From NCBI GenBank assembly GCA_038087875.1, contig JAXLNO010004602.1, forward strand, positions 124,001 through 161,612: DNA of 37,612 nucleotides, given 5' to 3'. The notes beneath the pieces are model-generated. The model was not told where the DNA came from. It searched no databases and saw only the letters and a list, made by a program, of their open reading frames with translations. Positions 35,213 through 37,612 of this stretch are shown here, piece by piece (the first letter of the stretch is position 1; every line of letters starts with the position of its first letter). The position numbers were made by a program, and so were the translations under genes. The DNA is from Malacoraja senta. Taxonomy: Eukaryota.

Positions 35213-35625
35213 ATCCACCCTTTTCTTTTTTGCTACGCAACCTTTGATTTATACTATCTTCCTTTTTTAATGCTAGCAGCAGATTCTTCGCCTCCCTATC
35301 CCCCTCTCGTTGGTTATACTGTGTTCTGAAGGCCATCATGGTGGCGGCCCTGTTCTTTGTCAGGGCTGTTTCTATCAATCGCTGAGCCAATCCCCGTACG
35401 CAGGGAATGATACAACATCCGAACAAACACAGTAACCCCACCATGACTACCACTGATGTTAGAGCTGAGGTAAAGCAGTGCTTCCATTTCCCAAACCAGG
35501 ATTCTAGAAACCCAGTCCAGGAGTTGTCTACTCCAGAGTTCTCAGCCAATTCGATAGACAGAGAGGTGAGACCTGCTAGGGCTCTTGACACTGACCCATC
35601 CGGAGCAGTGTTGTTGGGGATGAAT
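35208..35625 (-). pseudogene. env: Second copy of env TM C-terminal part
   Basis: FIPNNTAPDGSVSRALAGL...KKEKGGL*, about 98% identical by eye to 32669-33085. Confidence 0.9.
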
Positions 35626-35670
35626 CGCCCGTTCACACACGCGCGGGTGGAGGGCGTGCGTGTGTGCGGG

Positions 35671-35975
35671 CACACAATACTTCAGGTGTGGTCTCACCAG
35701 GGCCCTGTACAACTGCAGAAGGACCTCTTTGCTCCAATACTCAACTCCTCTTGTTATAAAGGCCAACAGGCCAAAACTGCACACAATACTCCAGGTGTGG
35801 TCTCACCAGGGCCCTGTACAACTGCAGAAGGACCTCTTTGCTCCAATACTCAACTCCTCTTGTTATAAAGGCCAACAGGCCAAAACTGCACACAATACTC
35901 CAGGTGTGGTCTCACCAGGGCCCTGTACAACTGCAGAAGGACCTCTTTGCTCCTGTACTCAACTCCTCTTGTTAT
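35671..35975. repeat. 109-bp tandem array derived from CR1 RT (about 2.8 units; a further unit at 37321-37420)
   Basis: Units start at 35671, 35780 and 35889. The minus strand reads [17 protein letters not shown]. Confidence 0.9.
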
Positions 35976-37320
35976 TCAGATTCAGATTCAGATTATTTAA
36001 TGACCACACAGTCAAGCTGGTGGAATTCATGTTCAGTACAGGATGTTACACAATAGGCTGATTCCTGTCAAACATAACATAAAACACAACAACATACAGT
36101 ATACAGTACATGCACGAGGTGGCTATGTGATGTTGTCATAGAGTGTTCAGATTTCGAATTGCATATGGGTAGAAACTGTTTTTAAGTCGTGATGTTTTGG
36201 CGGGCAGTGAGCTGTAGCGCCTTCTGACGGCAGCAGGTGGAAGATGTGGTGAGCTGCGTGGGAGGGATCAGAAATTATTTTATTCACCCTTGACACAGAC
36301 CGTTTGAGATTGAGTGATTCTATTGATGGGAGGGAAGTGCTGATGATTTTGGATGCTTTGTTGACAATGCGCTGTAGTTTATTACGGGAGTGAGTGTCTA
36401 AACTGCTGTACCAAACTGTTATTGATGAAGTGAGCATGCTTTGGATGATGGCTGTGTAAAATCGGATTAGGAGATGTTTCCTCACTCTGAACTTCTTGAG
36501 CTGACGGAGAAAGAAAAGTCTTTGGTTGGCTTTTTTATAAATGTGATCTGAATTGATTTTCCATTTGAGGTTATTGCTTATGTGAGTGCCAAGAAATTTG
36601 AATGAGTCAGTGGTGGATATGGGTTCGCCAGAGATGAGTAGGGGGGTCTTGGGTTGTGCCTTACGTCTGAGATCAATGATAAGTTCATGTGTTTTTGATG
36701 TGTTGAGTAGGAGGTTATTATCTGCTTTGTTTGTTGAGTGCGGTATTCTGTTTCGTTGTTGTTAGAGATGAGACCTATGATGGTTGTGTCATCTGCGTAT
36801 TTATATATTTTAACTGAACTATACTGGGATGTGAGTTGATTTGTGTAGAGTGAGAATAACCAGGGTGACAAGACGCAACCCTGAGGGGCTCCTGTACTGA
36901 GGTGCAGAGGGTGAGATATGGTGTTATGTATCTTCACCCTCTGTTGTCTGTTCCAAAGGAAGCTATAGATCCAATGACAGACGCAGGGGTCAATGTTCAT
37001 GTCCGTTATTTATGGAAAAGTTTAACCGGGTTGATGGAGTTGAATGCCGAACTGTAGTCCATGAACAGGATGCGGGCGTAAGTGTTGGCGGTTTCCAGGT
37101 GTTGCAGAGTGTGATGGATGGCCAGGTTGACTGTGTCTTCTACTGACCTGTTTGCTCTATATGCGAATTGATGTGGGTCCATGTTGGAGGAAGTGCTGGT
37201 TTTGAGGTGAGCGAGAATAATGCGCTCAAATGACTTCATGGCCACAGATGTAAGGGCAATCGGTCTGTAGTCATTGAGGCAGGATGTTGTGTTAGACGTG
37301 GGCACAGGAATGATGGTGGA
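35976..37320 (-). mobile_element. 5'-truncated Rex1/Babar-type LINE inserted in the 109-bp array
   Basis: CLNDYRPIALTSVAMKSFER, QFAYRANRSVED, LFMDYSSAFN, GAPQGCVLSPWLF, KYADDT. (TCTGAA)n tail at 35976-35993. TTAT duplicated at 35972-35975 and 37321-37324. Confidence 0.9.
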
Positions 37321-37514
37321 TTATGAAGGCCAACAGGCCAAAACTGCACATAATACTGCAGGTGTGGTCTCACCAGGGCCCTGTACAACTGCAGAAGGAC
37401 CTCATTGCTCAATACTCAACTCTTTCTCTGTTTTCTTTAGTGGCCTTTCCAAATAAAATGAAAACATATTTTACACTTTGTGGACACCTTGATGTTTGAA
37501 ATATGTTCTTCAAC

Positions 37515-37612
37515 CAGTTTAGTCTAGTTTAGTTTAGAGATACAGTACGGAAACAGGCCCTTCGGCCCCACCGGGTCCGTGCTGACCAGCGATGCCCGCA
37601 CACTAACACTAT
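37515..37612 (-). repeat. HE1-like SINE 3' portion
   Basis: gtttagtttagagatacag...aaacaggcccttcggccc, the same family as 9355-9648. Confidence 0.75.

Larger units (their letters stand above)
32117..35625 (-). mobile_element. Endogenous retrovirus remnant (class I, gamma/epsilon-type env): TM-tail-PPT-partial LTR / IN C-term-env-PPT-LTR
   Basis: See sub-features. 32384-33085 is duplicated at 34922-35625. Confidence 0.9.

Noticed and set aside
35671-35975. CRISPR-like array or repeat-protein ORFs (35407-36061)
   Set aside because: The units are contiguous with no unique spacers, the sequence is eukaryotic, and the peptide repeats are just translations of a CR1 fragment.

Overview
Vertebrate genomic DNA, very likely an elasmobranch (skate or ray), inferred from the repeat families (HE1-type SINEs, CR1, Penelope, Rex1) and the MHC sequence. 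About 80% of the window is transposable-element derived. The only host gene I can support is the 3' half of an MHC class I-like heavy chain on the + strand. It has an alpha3 (Ig C1) exon at 5648-5914, a TM exon at 8613-8720, and a predicted terminal exon at 23812-23852. That terminal exon gives the tail ...WWRKKRR-DYQNIQPKQNVHC*, carrying a CD1b-like YQNI sorting motif. The alpha3 exon has an AA instead of an AG splice acceptor. The alpha1/alpha2 exons were not found and presumably lie upstream of the window. The main elements are: a Gmr1-type Gypsy remnant in tandem/permuted form around one LTR (135-4532); a DIRS1-like tyrosine-recombinase retrotransposon with perfect terminal/ICR repeats but decayed ORFs (11432-16165); a near full-length L1-clade LINE (16818-22638); a hAT-type non-autonomous element with an 8-bp TSD (24838-25460); a class I (gamma/epsilon-type env) ERV remnant, also tandem and internally deleted (32117-35625); and a Rex1/Babar LINE inserted into a 109-bp CR1-derived tandem array (35671-37420). 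There is an assembly gap at 28021-28214. All identifications come from motif recognition by eye; no database search was run.
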